Shown here: positions 46,855 through 59,260 of the stretch, in pieces
Layout of the letters: the number at the start of each line of letters is the position of its first letter
Position numbering within the stretch: the stretch's first letter is position 1
NCBI GenBank assembly: GCA_963752975.1
Contig: CAVWAG010000003.1
Coordinates: forward strand, 206,793 to 270,792
Reading direction: 5' to 3'
Source of the DNA: an uncultured Chloroflexia bacterium
GTDB taxonomy: Bacteria > Chloroflexota > Dehalococcoidia > GIF9 > UBA5629
DNA length: 64,000 nucleotides
The notes under the pieces: model-generated
Database searches by the model: none
What the model saw: the letters and a program-made list of their open reading frames with translations, nothing else
Told to the model about the DNA's origin: nothing
Program-made: the position numbers and the translations under genes

Positions 46855-46884
46855 TGTATTGTTAATATCAGTTATTATATTCCA

Positions 46885-47995
<1,111 letters not shown>

Positions 47996-48009
47996 AGACA
48001 GTTGCTACG

Positions 48010-50079
48010 TTACTCGTGCGAGGCAGCGGCCTTGTGCTGGGCGACTATCTTTTGCGCAATAGGCGCCGGCGCCGCCTGATAGTGGCTGAATCCCACGGTG
48101 AAGGTTCCCCGGCCCTGCGTCATGGAGCGCAGGTCGATGGCATACCTGAGTATCTCGGCCAGGGGGGCCTGCGCCTGGATGACATTCATGCCCTGGCTGG
48201 GGTTCATGCCGCTCACGTGGGAGCGCTTGGTATTGAGATCGCCGATGATATCCCCGGTAAACGAGTCGGGCACGGTGACCGTGATATTCATGATAGGCTC
48301 GAGTAATACCGGCGACGCGTCGCTCATGCCCTTTTTAAAGGCCTGGGCCGAGGCGATTTTGAAGGCCATCTCCGAGGAGTCGACCGGATGGAAGCTGCCG
48401 TCTATGAGAGTGACCTTCATATCAACGGCAGGGAACCCGGCTATGACGCCCTCGACACGTGCTTCTTTGATTCCTTTCTCGACGGCCGGTATGAAGTTCC
48501 TGGGTACCGAGCCGCCCACTACCTTTGACTCGAATTCGAAACCACCACTCGGTGGCAACGGTTCAATCTTAATTACAACGTGCCCGTACTGGCCGTGCCC
48601 GCCGGTCTGTTTCTTATGCTTGTATTCAGCTTCGACAGGGACGGTGATAGTCTCCTTGAATGGTACCCTGGGCACATCCAGCAGCACTTCCACGGCGAAC
48701 TTGCGCTGCAGCCTGCTGGCGGCGATATCGAGGTGGGTGTCGCCCATACCGCCCAGCGTGAGCTCACCGGTATCGACTTCACGCTGCGCCTTTAAGCTGG
48801 GGTCCTCCTCGCAGATCCTGGCCAGGCCGGAACTCATCTTATCGAGGTCCGCCTTGGATTTGGGGTGGACAGCCTTATTTAAGATAGGCGCCAGGTACTG
48901 AATGGAAGCGAGTTTAAGAGGATGCTCTTTAACGCCGAGTGTGTCACCGGACGCTGTACTGGCCAGCTTCACCACCAAACCGATGTCCCCCGTTATGACC
49001 TGGTTGACGGTTTCCTGGCTCTTGCCGCGCGGCACCGAGACCTGCCCGATCCTCTCGACGGCCGCCTTATTCACATTCCAAACCTGTGAATTGCTGGATA
49101 AAACACCTGAATAGACGCGGAAAAAGCTGACCTTGCCCACATGCGGGTCGGTGGTCGTTTTGAATACCAGTGCGGCCAGCGGGGACTCTGCTGCCGGCTT
49201 AACTTCTTCTTCCGCGCCGCTGGCATTGATTGCCTTGAAAGTGCCGGCGGTAACCGGTGAAGGCAGGTATTCCACAATGGCGTCAAGCAGCATCGCCGCT
49301 CCATTGTTGGTGAGGCCTGACCCGGCCAGCACGGGGATTATGCCGCCCTGCAGGGTAGAAGCCTTTAAACATTTATATATCTCTTCTGTGGTTATCTCCC
49401 CGCCATCCAGGTACCTGGTCATTATCTCATCATCGATTTCCACTACCGCCTCGATAAGTTTGTCGCGGGCGCTGTCGATATCCGCCGCCATTGAAGCTGG
49501 CACCTCGATCTCCTTGACCGGCGCGCCGGCATAGGCTTTTTTGGCGATGATGTCGACGACGCCTTTGAATTGCTTCTGCGAGCCAATAGGGATCTGGATA
49601 GGCAGGCAGCGTGTATTCAACTTGGATTGTATCTGTTCGAGGGTGGAGGCGAAGTTGGCATTTTCGCGGTCCATCTTGCTCATGAAAATCAGGCGTGGTA
49701 TCTTTGCCTCCGAGGCATAGCCCCAGACCTGCTCCGTGCCGACCTCGACCCCCGAGGCGGCGCACACCACGATGACCGCGGCTTCGCTCACGCGCAGGGC
49801 CGATTTGACCTCGCCCACGAAGTCCGGGTAGCCCGGTGTGTCGATGAGGTTTATCTTGGTGTTCTTCCAGTTCAGGGGCAGTATGGTAAGGTTTATGCTT
49901 ATCTTATGCTTTATCTCATCGGGGTCGTAATCTGAGGTGGTGGTGCCATCGGCTACGTTGCCCATGCGGCTGATGGCGCCGGCATCGAAGAGCATGGCTT
50001 CAGCCAGGGAGGTTTTGCCGGAGCCGGAATGTGAGAGCAGGGCGACGTTGCGGATTTTATCAGGTCCAGTTTGCTGCAT
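48010..50079 (-). CDS. Elongation factor G paralog (EF-G2 type)
   Basis: IRNVALLSHSGSGKTSL, DTPGYPDF, EEDPSL, GMGDTHL, KKQTGGHGQYG, VDSSEMAF, LRSMTQGRG; RGITI replaced by HKISI; not in an str operon. Confidence 0.9.
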   Translation of the reverse strand: MQQTGPDKIRNVALLSHSGSGKTSLAEAMLFDAGAISRMGNVADGTTTSDYDPDEIKHKISINLTILPLNWKNTKINLIDTPGYPDFVGEVKSALRVSEAAVIVVCAASGVEVGTEQVWGYASEAKIPRLIFMSKMDRENANFASTLEQIQSKLNTRCLPIQIPIGSQKQFKGVVDIIAKKAYAGAPVKEIEVPASMAADIDSARDKLIEAVVEIDDEIMTRYLDGGEITTEEIYKCLKASTLQGGIIPVLAGSGLTNNGAAMLLDAIVEYLPSPVTAGTFKAINASGAEEEVKPAAESPLAALVFKTTTDPHVGKVSFFRVYSGVLSSNSQVWNVNKAAVERIGQVSVPRGKSQETVNQVITGDIGLVVKLASTASGDTLGVKEHPLKLASIQYLAPILNKAVHPKSKADLDKMSSGLARICEEDPSLKAQREVDTGELTLGGMGDTHLDIAASRLQRKFAVEVLLDVPRVPFKETITVPVEAEYKHKKQTGGHGQYGHVVIKIEPLPPSGGFEFESKVVGGSVPRNFIPAVEKGIKEARVEGVIAGFPAVDMKVTLIDGSFHPVDSSEMAFKIASAQAFKKGMSDASPVLLEPIMNITVTVPDSFTGDIIGDLNTKRSHVSGMNPSQGMNVIQAQAPLAEILRYAIDLRSMTQGRGTFTVGFSHYQAAPAPIAQKIVAQHKAAASHE

Positions 50080-50219
50080 TTAAATACCTCGATTCTTGTC
50101 TGAATTTTTTAAAAGGCGCTCGTGCATTGTAGCAGTGTAAGCGTGCAAACGTCAAGGTTTATTATTATAATGATACGCGTTGAAAACAGGCCCTGTTTGA
50201 AACAGGGATGGGGTATTTG

Positions 50220-50248
50220 TTGACACGCCCATATCCCTGTGCTAATAT
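50220..50248 (+). promoter_or_regulatory. rRNA promoter
   Basis: TTGACA (50220-50225) - 17 bp - TAATAT (50243-50248) with TGn extension. Confidence 0.7.
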
Positions 50249-50311
50249 GTATTCCGTTTTCCTAATTGTACCTTAACAACTGGATAGTGGAAGGAAGGTT
50301 CTAAACTAAAC

Positions 50312-51818
<1,507 letters not shown>

Positions 51819-52049
51819 AGGGAGTATGTACTCCTATGGTCGTTCGATGGCAGCAATGCTATCGTACCTTTGAAATCAATTTACTTCCTTCCACTATCCA
51901 GGTGTTAAGGTTCTTCTTTTTTTATAAAAGGTATATCTTTCCATTGACTTGGATGATACAATAAAACCACCAGATTTACGGGGAGATGGGTGGGACACCT
52001 CTCTTACGCCGGACTGATTTTGTTAAGATGAAAAATTGTATCTCCTGAA

Positions 52050-52781
52050 ATGATATACGAGGCAGCAAAATTCAACTTCGAACCTCCTTCCCTGGTGTCC
52101 AGAGCACACAAAATACTCATCAAGCCCGGGGCCAGCTACCCGTATCCCTACCCGTTCAGCACCAGCAGGGAGATACTGGGTACGGTCATTGAAAAGGTCA
52201 AACAGGTGAGCGATGCCGATATCATTATCCTGGAGGGCGCCGCCAGCGGTGATCCGGTTTACCCCATCTATAAATCACTGGGATATGATTTCCAGCGCGT
52301 GCTGATGCTTGACGTTAAGGACTGCATCTGGGTGGAGATAGAGAATCCCCTGCCGCATCCTTTCGCGGTCGCCACTTTCTGGGTGCCCAACGTGGTGCTT
52401 TCGTGCGATTTCCTTATCACGGTTTCTTCACTGCGTACCTCTGCCAACCAGGGATTCCTGAGCATCAAGAATTTATTGAGCCTGCTACCGGTAAACAAGT
52501 ATAGGAAAGGCTCCACGGGCGGGTGGGGTTCGCTGGATGAATTCGGATGGGACAAGGTCTTCGCTGACCTGTACTTTACTTTGCCGTTTGACCTGGCCAT
52601 CGTGGATGGCCGGAAGAAATTCAGCGCGGCGGACGATTCATTTAAGGGCAAGGCTGAGAATTTCGGCAAGATATTCGAGGGGGAGCCCTACGAAATCGAC
52701 CGCGAAGCTTCCGCCATGTTGGGAGTGGACCAGCAGTACCTGGATATCATCAGGGCAGGCAAGGCCGAATTGGATAACTGA
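52050..52781 (+). CDS. DUF362-like protein
   Basis: KILIKP, IIILEG, LSIKNLL, LAIVDG pattern. The true start may be ATG 52028 (MKIVSPEM) obscured by an extra A. Confidence 0.65.
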   Translation: MIYEAAKFNFEPPSLVSRAHKILIKPGASYPYPYPFSTSREILGTVIEKVKQVSDADIIILEGAASGDPVYPIYKSLGYDFQRVLMLDVKDCIWVEIENPLPHPFAVATFWVPNVVLSCDFLITVSSLRTSANQGFLSIKNLLSLLPVNKYRKGSTGGWGSLDEFGWDKVFADLYFTLPFDLAIVDGRKKFSAADDSFKGKAENFGKIFEGEPYEIDREASAMLGVDQQYLDIIRAGKAELDN

Positions 52782-52783
52782 GA

Positions 52784-53065
52784 CTAATACCTGACGTCGA
52801 ACGCACTGTACTTTCCCTTGCCCTCCGACCATGTCACATCGATTTTTTCCACGCTTGCACCGTCCGGGCCTGCTTTCAAGCGGCGCAGCAACTCTTCGAG
52901 CATCTCTTTGGGACCCTCCGCCTCCAATTCGACATCGCCGTTGCTTACGTTTCTGACGTAACCCTTGAGGGATAGCGATTTAGCTGCGCGCGAGGCGAAA
53001 GCCCGGTAATAGACACCCTGTACCTTTCCATGTACGAGGGCCTTGATATGCGCAAGTTCAGGCAT
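52784..53065 (-). CDS. acyP: Acylphosphatase
   Basis: VHGKVQGVYYR, GYVRN, GDVE, GP. Confidence 0.92.
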   Translation of the reverse strand: MPELAHIKALVHGKVQGVYYRAFASRAAKSLSLKGYVRNVSNGDVELEAEGPKEMLEELLRRLKAGPDGASVEKIDVTWSEGKGKYSAFDVRY

Positions 53066-53120
53066 TGATCCTTGGTAACCGCTCAGTTGATGGCCGGATT
53101 TTATTTACGAGCCTTATTTG

Positions 53121-53264
53121 CTACTCGGGGAACTCTTCTTTCTTGCCCTTTTTCTTGATTACCTGGACCTCTGCGACCGGTTCGAAAATGGAAGGGGCAA
53201 GGGTCTTCTTGCCATCTTTCTTGGCTTTTTTCTGCTCTCGCTTACCTTTATCTTTGGAACCCAT
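53121..53264 (-). CDS. Small Lys-rich hypothetical protein (47 aa)
   Basis: MGSKDKGKREQKKAKKDGKKTLAPSIFEPVAEVQVIKKKGKKEEFPE; AAGGAGA RBS 6 nt upstream. Not in the ORF track. Confidence 0.65.
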   Translation of the reverse strand: MGSKDKGKREQKKAKKDGKKTLAPSIFEPVAEVQVIKKKGKKEEFPE

Positions 53265-53341
53265 AACAATTCTCCTTGAGTCATATTACGCGCTCTCTAA
53301 AGTTTAACAAATAGGGTGCAATCAAGTAAAGATAAATTTCC

Positions 53342-53370
53342 TTGACTTTTAGCTATGGCACATATATAAT
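53342..53370 (+). promoter_or_regulatory. Promoter of the tRNA-tuf cluster
   Basis: TTGACT (53342-53347) - 17 bp - TATAAT (53365-53370). Confidence 0.75.
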
Positions 53371-53415
53371 TCCTGCTTGTCGTCTGATTTGAGCATAACG
53401 GTTTGACGTTTTGTT

Positions 53416-53488
53416 GCCCGAGTGGCGCAATGGCAGCGCAACCGACTTGTAATCGGTAGGTTAGCGGGTTCGACTCCCCTCTCGGGCT
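53416..53488 (+). tRNA. tRNA-Thr(TGT)
   Basis: Acceptor GCCCGAG/CTCGGGC, anticodon arm ACCGA-CTTGTAA-TCGGT, GGTTCGACTCC T-arm; CCA not encoded. Confidence 0.93.
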
Positions 53489-53507
53489 AAGATCTGGTGA
53501 CAAGATT

Positions 53508-53594
53508 GGAGGGATGCCGGAGCGGCCAATCGGAGCAGACTGTAAATCTGCCGCCCTAAGGGCTACGTAGGTTCGAATCCTACTCCCTCCACCA
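53508..53594 (+). tRNA. tRNA-Tyr(GTA)
   Basis: GGAGGGA/TCCCTCC-ACCA, anticodon arm GCAGA-CTGTAAA-TCTGC, long variable arm, GTTCGAATC. Confidence 0.95.
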
Positions 53595-53688
53595 GTATAC
53601 TATTACTAAATTTTGTAGATTTAAAATAGTTTATAGTATAATTTGTAGTCGCATCTCAGGGATGTGATATGTAATGTTATGGCAATTT

Positions 53689-53761
53689 GCCCACATAGCT
53701 CAGTTGGTAGAGCACGTTCTTGGTAAGAACGGGGTCATCAGTTCGAATCTGATTGTGGGCT
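53689..53761 (+). tRNA. tRNA-Thr(GGT)
   Basis: GCCCACA/TGTGGGC, anticodon arm CGTTC-TTGGTAA-GAACG, GTTCGAATC. Confidence 0.94.
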
Positions 53762-53785
53762 CAGAAATGAAGGAGGTTTAGAAAC

Positions 53786-54991
53786 ATGGCAAAGAAAGTA
53801 TTTGAGCGCAAGAAACCGCATGCAAATGTGGGTACCATAGGTCACGTTGATCATGGTAAGACAACGTTAACCGCAGCAATTACACTGGTCTTATCGAAAC
53901 AGGGTGTCGGCGATAACGCCTTCAGGCCGTTCGACAGTATCGATAATGCGCCGGAAGAGAAAGCACGCGGTGTGACGATTGCTATCGCCCATATCGAATA
54001 CGAGACCAAGAAAAGGCACTATGCCCACGTGGATTGCCCGGGGCATGCCGACTATATCAAAAACATGATCACCGGCGCCGCCCAGATGGATGGCGCCATC
54101 CTGGTGGTCAGCGCTCCGGACGGCCCGATGCCCCAGACGAGGGAACATATCCTGCTGGCCAGGCAGGTTGAAGTGCCGGCTATGGTAGTAGCTTTGAATA
54201 AAGTTGACGCCATGGAAGATGAGGAATTGCTTGAGCTCGTAGAGATGGAGCTCAGGGACCTGCTCACCAAGTACAACTTCCCCGGAGATAAGATACCCAT
54301 CGTCCGTGTCAGCGCGCTGAAAGCCCTGGAGTGCGGCTGCGGTAAGCCCGACTGCAAATGGTGCAGCGGTATACTGAAGCTGATGGATGCTGTGGATGAC
54401 TATATCCCGCAACCCAAGCGCGCGATTGATAAACCTTTCCTGATGCCGATTGAAGATGTATTTGGCATTAAGGGGCGTGGAACAGTGGTAACCGGCAGGG
54501 TTGAGCGCGGCGTGATCAAAATTGGTGAAGAAGTTGAGATCGTGGGTATAAAAGATACCAAAAAGACAGTGGTAACCGGCGTCGAAATGTTCCATAAGCA
54601 GCTTGAAACCGGCGAAGCTGGCGATGCCGTTGGCTGCCTTGTCAGGGGCATCGAGCGCGAAGATGTTGAAAGGGGACAGGTGCTGGCCAAGCCCGGCTCC
54701 ATTAAGCCCCAGACACACTTTGAAGGCGAGGTTTATGTTTTGACCAAGGAAGAAGGCGGCAGGCATACTCCGTTTTTTACCGGCTATAAACCGCAGTTCT
54801 TTATCAGGACACTGGATGTAACAGGCCAGACAGAATTGCCGGCGGGCGTGGAAATGGTCATGCCCGGTGACAATATTAAAATGAATATCAAGTTGATTTA
54901 TCCTGTTGCTCTCGAGCAGGGCATGCATTTTGCCATCCGTGAAGGTGGCAGGACCGTAGCATCGGGCGTAATCACAAAGATACTTGGATAA
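53786..54991 (+). CDS. tuf: Elongation factor Tu
   Basis: [40 protein letters not shown]. Confidence 0.98.
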   Translation: MAKKVFERKKPHANVGTIGHVDHGKTTLTAAITLVLSKQGVGDNAFRPFDSIDNAPEEKARGVTIAIAHIEYETKKRHYAHVDCPGHADYIKNMITGAAQMDGAILVVSAPDGPMPQTREHILLARQVEVPAMVVALNKVDAMEDEELLELVEMELRDLLTKYNFPGDKIPIVRVSALKALECGCGKPDCKWCSGILKLMDAVDDYIPQPKRAIDKPFLMPIEDVFGIKGRGTVVTGRVERGVIKIGEEVEIVGIKDTKKTVVTGVEMFHKQLETGEAGDAVGCLVRGIEREDVERGQVLAKPGSIKPQTHFEGEVYVLTKEEGGRHTPFFTGYKPQFFIRTLDVTGQTELPAGVEMVMPGDNIKMNIKLIYPVALEQGMHFAIREGGRTVASGVITKILG

Positions 54992-54994
54992 AAG

Positions 54995-55162
54995 ATGGCT
55001 AAAAAGAGCGATGCGCGAGGCGTAATTTACATGGCATGCACAGTATGCCAGGAAAGGAATTACACCTCGCAAAAAAATAAGAAAAATGATACTCAACGTT
55101 TGGAACTGAAGAAATATTGTCCCCGCTGCCGCAGTCATCAACTGCACAAGGAGACCAAGTAA
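54995..55162 (+). CDS. rpmG: 50S ribosomal protein L33
   Basis: Manual translation [55 protein letters not shown]. Confidence 0.95.
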   Translation: MAKKSDARGVIYMACTVCQERNYTSQKNKKNDTQRLELKKYCPRCRSHQLHKETK

Positions 55163-55165
55163 CAG

Positions 55166-55483
55166 GTGGCTAACAAAGAGCAAGCAAAAGTACTGCCGCC
55201 TAAGAAAAACGAAGAAAAGGCAGGTCCGGACAAGAAAAGTCAGCCGTTGGTGGCAAAGGCCAAGAAGCCGCAGATTTCGGGAACGCAGCCCAAAAAACGC
55301 AGGTTCACTTTTTTTAGTGACATAATCGGCGAGCTTAAGAAGGTTGTATGGCCTACCAGGCAGGAAACGATACGGTTGACTTTGATAGTTATAGGGCTTT
55401 GCCTTGTTATGGGCCTGATATTGGGCGCAGTTGACTATGGATTTTCGGAACTTGTTGCTAAAGTACTCTTAGGTGGCAAGTAG
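55166..55483 (+). CDS. secE: Preprotein translocase subunit SecE
   Basis: ELKKVVWPTR followed by one TM helix; between rpmG and nusG; long Lys-rich N-terminus. Confidence 0.93.
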   Translation: MANKEQAKVLPPKKNEEKAGPDKKSQPLVAKAKKPQISGTQPKKRRFTFFSDIIGELKKVVWPTRQETIRLTLIVIGLCLVMGLILGAVDYGFSELVAKVLLGGK

Positions 55484-55484
55484 C

Positions 55485-56021
55485 GTGACCGTTGACGTCA
55501 ACGCCCGCTGGTATATCATACATACCTACGTCGGGCACGAGGACAAGGTAAAGAACAAGCTGGAACAGCGCATCAAGTCAATGGATGCGGGCACCAGGAT
55601 CCTGAGGGTAGAGATACCTAAAGAAAACGAGATAGAGATAAGGTCCGGCCAGCGCAGGACGGTTGAAAAGAAAATGTTCCCCGGCTACCTGCTGGTTCAA
55701 ATGGCGATGGACCATGAGAGCTGGAAGGTTGTCAGAGAAACGCCGGGTGTGACCGGTTTTGTGGGTGACGGCAAGGAAGCCACTCCGCTTGAAGATCACG
55801 AAGCGGACAGGATCCTCAAACAAAAAGAGGAAGGAGTTGCCCAGCTCAAGATCAGGTTCAAGAAAGGCGAAAACGTCAGGGTTGTGGATGGTCCTTTTAC
55901 GGATTTCATAGGTACCGTCGACGAGATAAATATGGGTAAAGGCAAGGTCAAGGTAATGCTGACACTGTTTGGCAGGGAGACTTCAGTGGAACTGGACTTC
56001 CTGCAAGTGGAGAAACTATAG
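55485..56021 (+). CDS. nusG: Transcription termination/antitermination factor NusG
   Basis: WYIIHTY.G.E, FPGYLLV, TPGVTGFVG, DGPF, LFGRET. Confidence 0.96.
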   Translation: MTVDVNARWYIIHTYVGHEDKVKNKLEQRIKSMDAGTRILRVEIPKENEIEIRSGQRRTVEKKMFPGYLLVQMAMDHESWKVVRETPGVTGFVGDGKEATPLEDHEADRILKQKEEGVAQLKIRFKKGENVRVVDGPFTDFIGTVDEINMGKGKVKVMLTLFGRETSVELDFLQVEKL

Positions 56022-56022
56022 A

Positions 56023-56444
56023 ATGGCAAAAAAGTTAAAGCGATAGTCAAGTTACAGATACAGGCGGGCAAAGCTACCCCGGCGCCGCCGGTGGGCCCTG
56101 CCCTGGGCCAGCACGGCGTCAATATTATGGGCTTTTGCAAGGACTATAATGACCGCACTAAATCTTTCGAGGGATCGATCATCCCCGTGGAAATAACTGT
56201 ATTTGAAGACAGGACTTTCACGTTCATAACCAAGACCCCTCCTGCCTCGGATCTACTGAAAAAGGCCCTGAGTCTTGAAAAGGGCAGCGGGAATAGCGGC
56301 ACCCAGGTAGCGGGCATTATATCGAAAGCCAAGATCAACGAGATCGCTAAGGTTAAGCAAAAGGACTTGAATGCCCTTAATCTTGAGGGAGCGGCTCGCA
56401 TTATTGAGGGAACCGCCCGGAGTATGGGCATTAAAGTGGAGTAA
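56023..56444 (+). CDS. rplK: 50S ribosomal protein L11 (one A missing in the poly-A run after the ATG)
   Basis: [32 protein letters not shown]...KTPPAS...GTARSMG. Confidence 0.95.
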
Positions 56445-56448
56445 TTAA

Positions 56449-57165
56449 ATGACTACCAGAGGTAAAAAATACAAAGAAGCATCCAAGCTGGTCGAAGGAA
56501 GAAAATTATACGAGCCCAAAGAGGCTGTTGCCATAGTAAAAAAAGCGGGCTACGCAAAATTTGATGAAACAGTTGAGCTGCACCTGAGAATGGGCGTGGA
56601 TCCCCGGGCTGCCGACCAGCAGGTGAGGGGAACGGCGCTGCTGCCTCATGGGCTGGGTAAACAGGTCAGAGTAGTTGTCTTCGCCCAGGGCGAGGGCGCA
56701 AAACTGGCCAACGACGCTAAAGCTGAATATGTTGGAGCCGACGACCTGGTGAAGAAAATCGAAGACGGCTGGCTGGATTTCGATGTAAGCATTGCCACTC
56801 CTGACATGATGGGCAAAGTCAGTAAACTCGGCAAGATACTCGGACGCCGCGGTTTGATGCCCAATCCCAAGGCGGGTACCGTTGTTCCTCCCGCAGATTT
56901 GCCCCGGGCGATCAATGAAGTGCGTAAAGGCCGTGTGGAATTCCGGCTCGACAGGACTGCGATTATCCACGTTCCAATCGGTAAGAAAAGCTTTGACGAA
57001 GAGAAGCTGTATGAGAACCTTATGTCGGTAGTTGAAGCAATTAACCATTCCCGTCCCAGTGGAGCCAAAGGACAGTTTATCAAGACGGCATCGATTTCTA
57101 CATCCATGGGACCGGGTTTAAGGCTGGATACACAAGCCATGACTGAACTGGCAGTCAGCGCATAA
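56449..57165 (+). CDS. rplA: 50S ribosomal protein L1
   Basis: [37 protein letters not shown]. Confidence 0.97.
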   Translation: MTTRGKKYKEASKLVEGRKLYEPKEAVAIVKKAGYAKFDETVELHLRMGVDPRAADQQVRGTALLPHGLGKQVRVVVFAQGEGAKLANDAKAEYVGADDLVKKIEDGWLDFDVSIATPDMMGKVSKLGKILGRRGLMPNPKAGTVVPPADLPRAINEVRKGRVEFRLDRTAIIHVPIGKKSFDEEKLYENLMSVVEAINHSRPSGAKGQFIKTASISTSMGPGLRLDTQAMTELAVSA

Positions 57166-57182
57166 AAAAATTTAATAGCATT

Positions 57183-57285
57183 GGCCGTTGAAAGCGGGCG
57201 CCGCAAGGCTTAATCAGATACCCGCCGAGGTTAGTAAAACTGTATAACAGGCAGTTTGATTAGTCCTCGTGCATCGGCGCGAGGA
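57183..57285 (+). promoter_or_regulatory. Ribosomal protein L10 leader (autoregulatory RNA)
   Basis: GCCGTTGAAAGCGGGCG...TTAA...CCCGCCGAGG kink-turn-like pattern plus the CCTCGTGC/GCGCGAGG hairpin upstream of rplJ. Confidence 0.65.
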
Positions 57286-57309
57286 CAATTTATTATTGGG
57301 AGCATTGAT

Positions 57310-57834
57310 ATGATAAGAAAACAGAAAGAGGCGATTATCAATGAGCTTGCCGGGAACTTGGGCAAGTGTGTGGTTGCCATTGCCACTGATTATAGGGGCA
57401 TGACCGCCAAAGAAATGGTACAACTGCGCAGGCTGCTGCATGCTCAGGGTGTGGAATACAGGGTTGTAAAGAATACTCTTATGCATTTAGCGGCCGAAAA
57501 GTCAGGCGACACGGGCCTTGAACAATTCCTGGTTGGCCCGATGGCTGTTGCTATCAGTTACGATGATGCGGTAAAACCCGCTAAAATTCTGTCTGACCAT
57601 ATAAAGGCGGCCAACTCAGTTTTGAAAATTAAAGGCGGCATACTGGGAGAAAAAGTGCTGACGGCCGCGGATGTCGCCAGACTTGCTTCCATACCGTCAA
57701 AGGAGATACTGATAAGCCAGTTGTTGGGCAGGATGAAGTCGCCCATCTCCTCGCTGCATTTTGTGTTGAGTTCACCGCTACGCGGACTGGCGGTAGTATT
57801 GCAGGCGAGAGCAAAACAGTTGGCTGGCACATAG
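57310..57834 (+). CDS. rplJ: 50S ribosomal protein L10
   Basis: DYRGMT, LRR, VVKNTL, GP.A, KGG, LASIPS. Confidence 0.95.
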   Translation: MIRKQKEAIINELAGNLGKCVVAIATDYRGMTAKEMVQLRRLLHAQGVEYRVVKNTLMHLAAEKSGDTGLEQFLVGPMAVAISYDDAVKPAKILSDHIKAANSVLKIKGGILGEKVLTAADVARLASIPSKEILISQLLGRMKSPISSLHFVLSSPLRGLAVVLQARAKQLAGT

Positions 57835-57898
57835 CCGCGGTTATTAATTTGAGATAAGACTATTAGATAAATAATCTGAATAGCAGGAGGACACTATA

Positions 57899-58279
57899 AT
57901 GACAAAAGATGAGATCGTAACGATGATAAAGGGCATGACCGTTCTGGAGCTTTCCGAACTGGTCAAGGCGCTGGAAGAGGAGTTCGGTGTGAGCGCTGCC
58001 ATGCCCATGGCAGTCGCCGCCGGCCCGTCTGCTGGAGGCGGCGCCACCGCCGCCGCGTCAGAAGAGCAGACTGAGTTTACCGTCATTCTCAAAGAGATCG
58101 GGGAAAACAAAATCGCGGTCATCAAGGCTGTTCGCGAGGTAACCACGCTCGGTTTAAAAGAAGCCAAAGACTTGGTTGAAGGCGCTCCGAAGACGGTCAA
58201 GGAAGGCGTAAGTAAGGAAGAAGCCGCGACAATTAAGAAGAAGATCGAAGAAGCCGGCGCCAAAGTAGAAGTAAAATAG
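57899..58279 (+). CDS. rplL: 50S ribosomal protein L7/L12
   Basis: [31 protein letters not shown]. Confidence 0.97.
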   Translation: MTKDEIVTMIKGMTVLELSELVKALEEEFGVSAAMPMAVAAGPSAGGGATAAASEEQTEFTVILKEIGENKIAVIKAVREVTTLGLKEAKDLVEGAPKTVKEGVSKEEAATIKKKIEEAGAKVEVK

Positions 58280-58300
58280 TTTACACAATCTGATAACTTG

Positions 58301-58352
58301 AGTTCACCGGTTCTCTCCAGGGTAAGGTGGGACCGGTGAGCTTTTGTTTTTT
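58301..58352 (+). terminator. Intrinsic terminator after rplL
   Basis: AGTTCACCGGTTC...GGACCGGTGAGCT followed by TTTGTTTTTT. Confidence 0.7.
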
Positions 58353-58403
58353 GTTTCCGCTACTAATATTCTGTTGTTGTAAATTTTGATAGAGGAGCGC
58401 GTG

Positions 58404-58673
58404 ATGGAAGAGTATCAAGGCAGGAAGGTACTGGCCAAGGTCATCTCTCAGCAGGGAACCTGTGTGGCAGGCCACATGGCAGGCGATGAATTCATAATAT
58501 CTGATATGTGTCCGCATACAATGTGCGCCTGGGCGTTTTACACTTTATTTCCCTTCGCGCAGGTATTGATGTGCAACGGCACTTTCCCCTGGGAAAAGGA
58601 TCCTGATAAATGTACGGTTGCCTGTCCTGACCCGGGTAACCCCGTGGTTTTTGAACTGAGACGCAGCAGGTGA
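58404..58673 (+). CDS. TIGR04076-like small Cys-containing protein
   Basis: GTC.AGH..GDEF, MCAWA...LFP, ACPDP..PVVFEL. Confidence 0.75.
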   Translation: MEEYQGRKVLAKVISQQGTCVAGHMAGDEFIISDMCPHTMCAWAFYTLFPFAQVLMCNGTFPWEKDPDKCTVACPDPGNPVVFELRRSR

Positions 58674-58745
58674 TTCAATCATCTTGTTATTTTATCGGAC
58701 CGTACCTATAATTTAATTGAGTAAATATTTTGCCAGGAGGTGACT

Positions 58746-59198
58746 ATGTCAGGGATGTATATAGCATATGCTGATAAATTGCTGAACTTCACCGAGCAGC
58801 ATGCCACAGAGATAGGCAAACAATGGGCCAAGGCGCTGCAGTCAAATCCTAAAACGGCTTCCTACCGCAAAGTCAGGGAATTTAAACTGGTCAACCAGGG
58901 TGAGTCCTTTTACAAGAACCTGAAAAAGTTGTACTTTGAAAAGCATGCTTACGATATGGCCACCGTGTATTTCTCCAAGTTTGCGGAGGAACAATATTAC
59001 GAAAATATCCCCCTGGATGAAGCTATATATGCCCTGATGCTGTTGAGAAGGCAGATGTGGCTTTTCGCTGAATTTCAGGTGCTGTTCACGTCGGCACTCG
59101 ATCAATATCAGGCGTCGGACGGCATCAACCGCACTGTTCTTCTGACTGACTACGGGATACTTGCCATTGTCAACAAGTACCGCGACCTCAAGAAATAG
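58746..59198 (+). CDS. Hypothetical all-helical protein (possible RsbRD-N/globin-like sensor fold)
   Basis: About 150-aa ORF with AGGAGG RBS; I..QW...L and IPLDEAIYAL.L.RR..W pattern. The fold is only a resemblance. Confidence 0.6.
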   Translation: MSGMYIAYADKLLNFTEQHATEIGKQWAKALQSNPKTASYRKVREFKLVNQGESFYKNLKKLYFEKHAYDMATVYFSKFAEEQYYENIPLDEAIYALMLLRRQMWLFAEFQVLFTSALDQYQASDGINRTVLLTDYGILAIVNKYRDLKK

Positions 59199-59260
59199 AA
59201 TTGAGGTTATGGCCGGATAGCTGAACTGCCAAAGGCTGAAGTTACATCCCTGCCCCTGTC

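Noticed and set aside
51978-52049. Fluoride riboswitch suggested by GGAGATGG
   Set aside because: The 3' conserved element and pseudoknot complement are missing; the region more likely holds the frameshifted start of the DUF362-like gene.
53297-53503. 68-aa minus-strand ORF
   Set aside because: It is antisense to tRNA-Thr and its promoter.
53891-55183. 430-aa antisense ORF over tuf, and similar long antisense ORFs over argJ, argG, argS and EF-G2
   Set aside because: These are shadow frames of conserved genes with no recognisable motifs.
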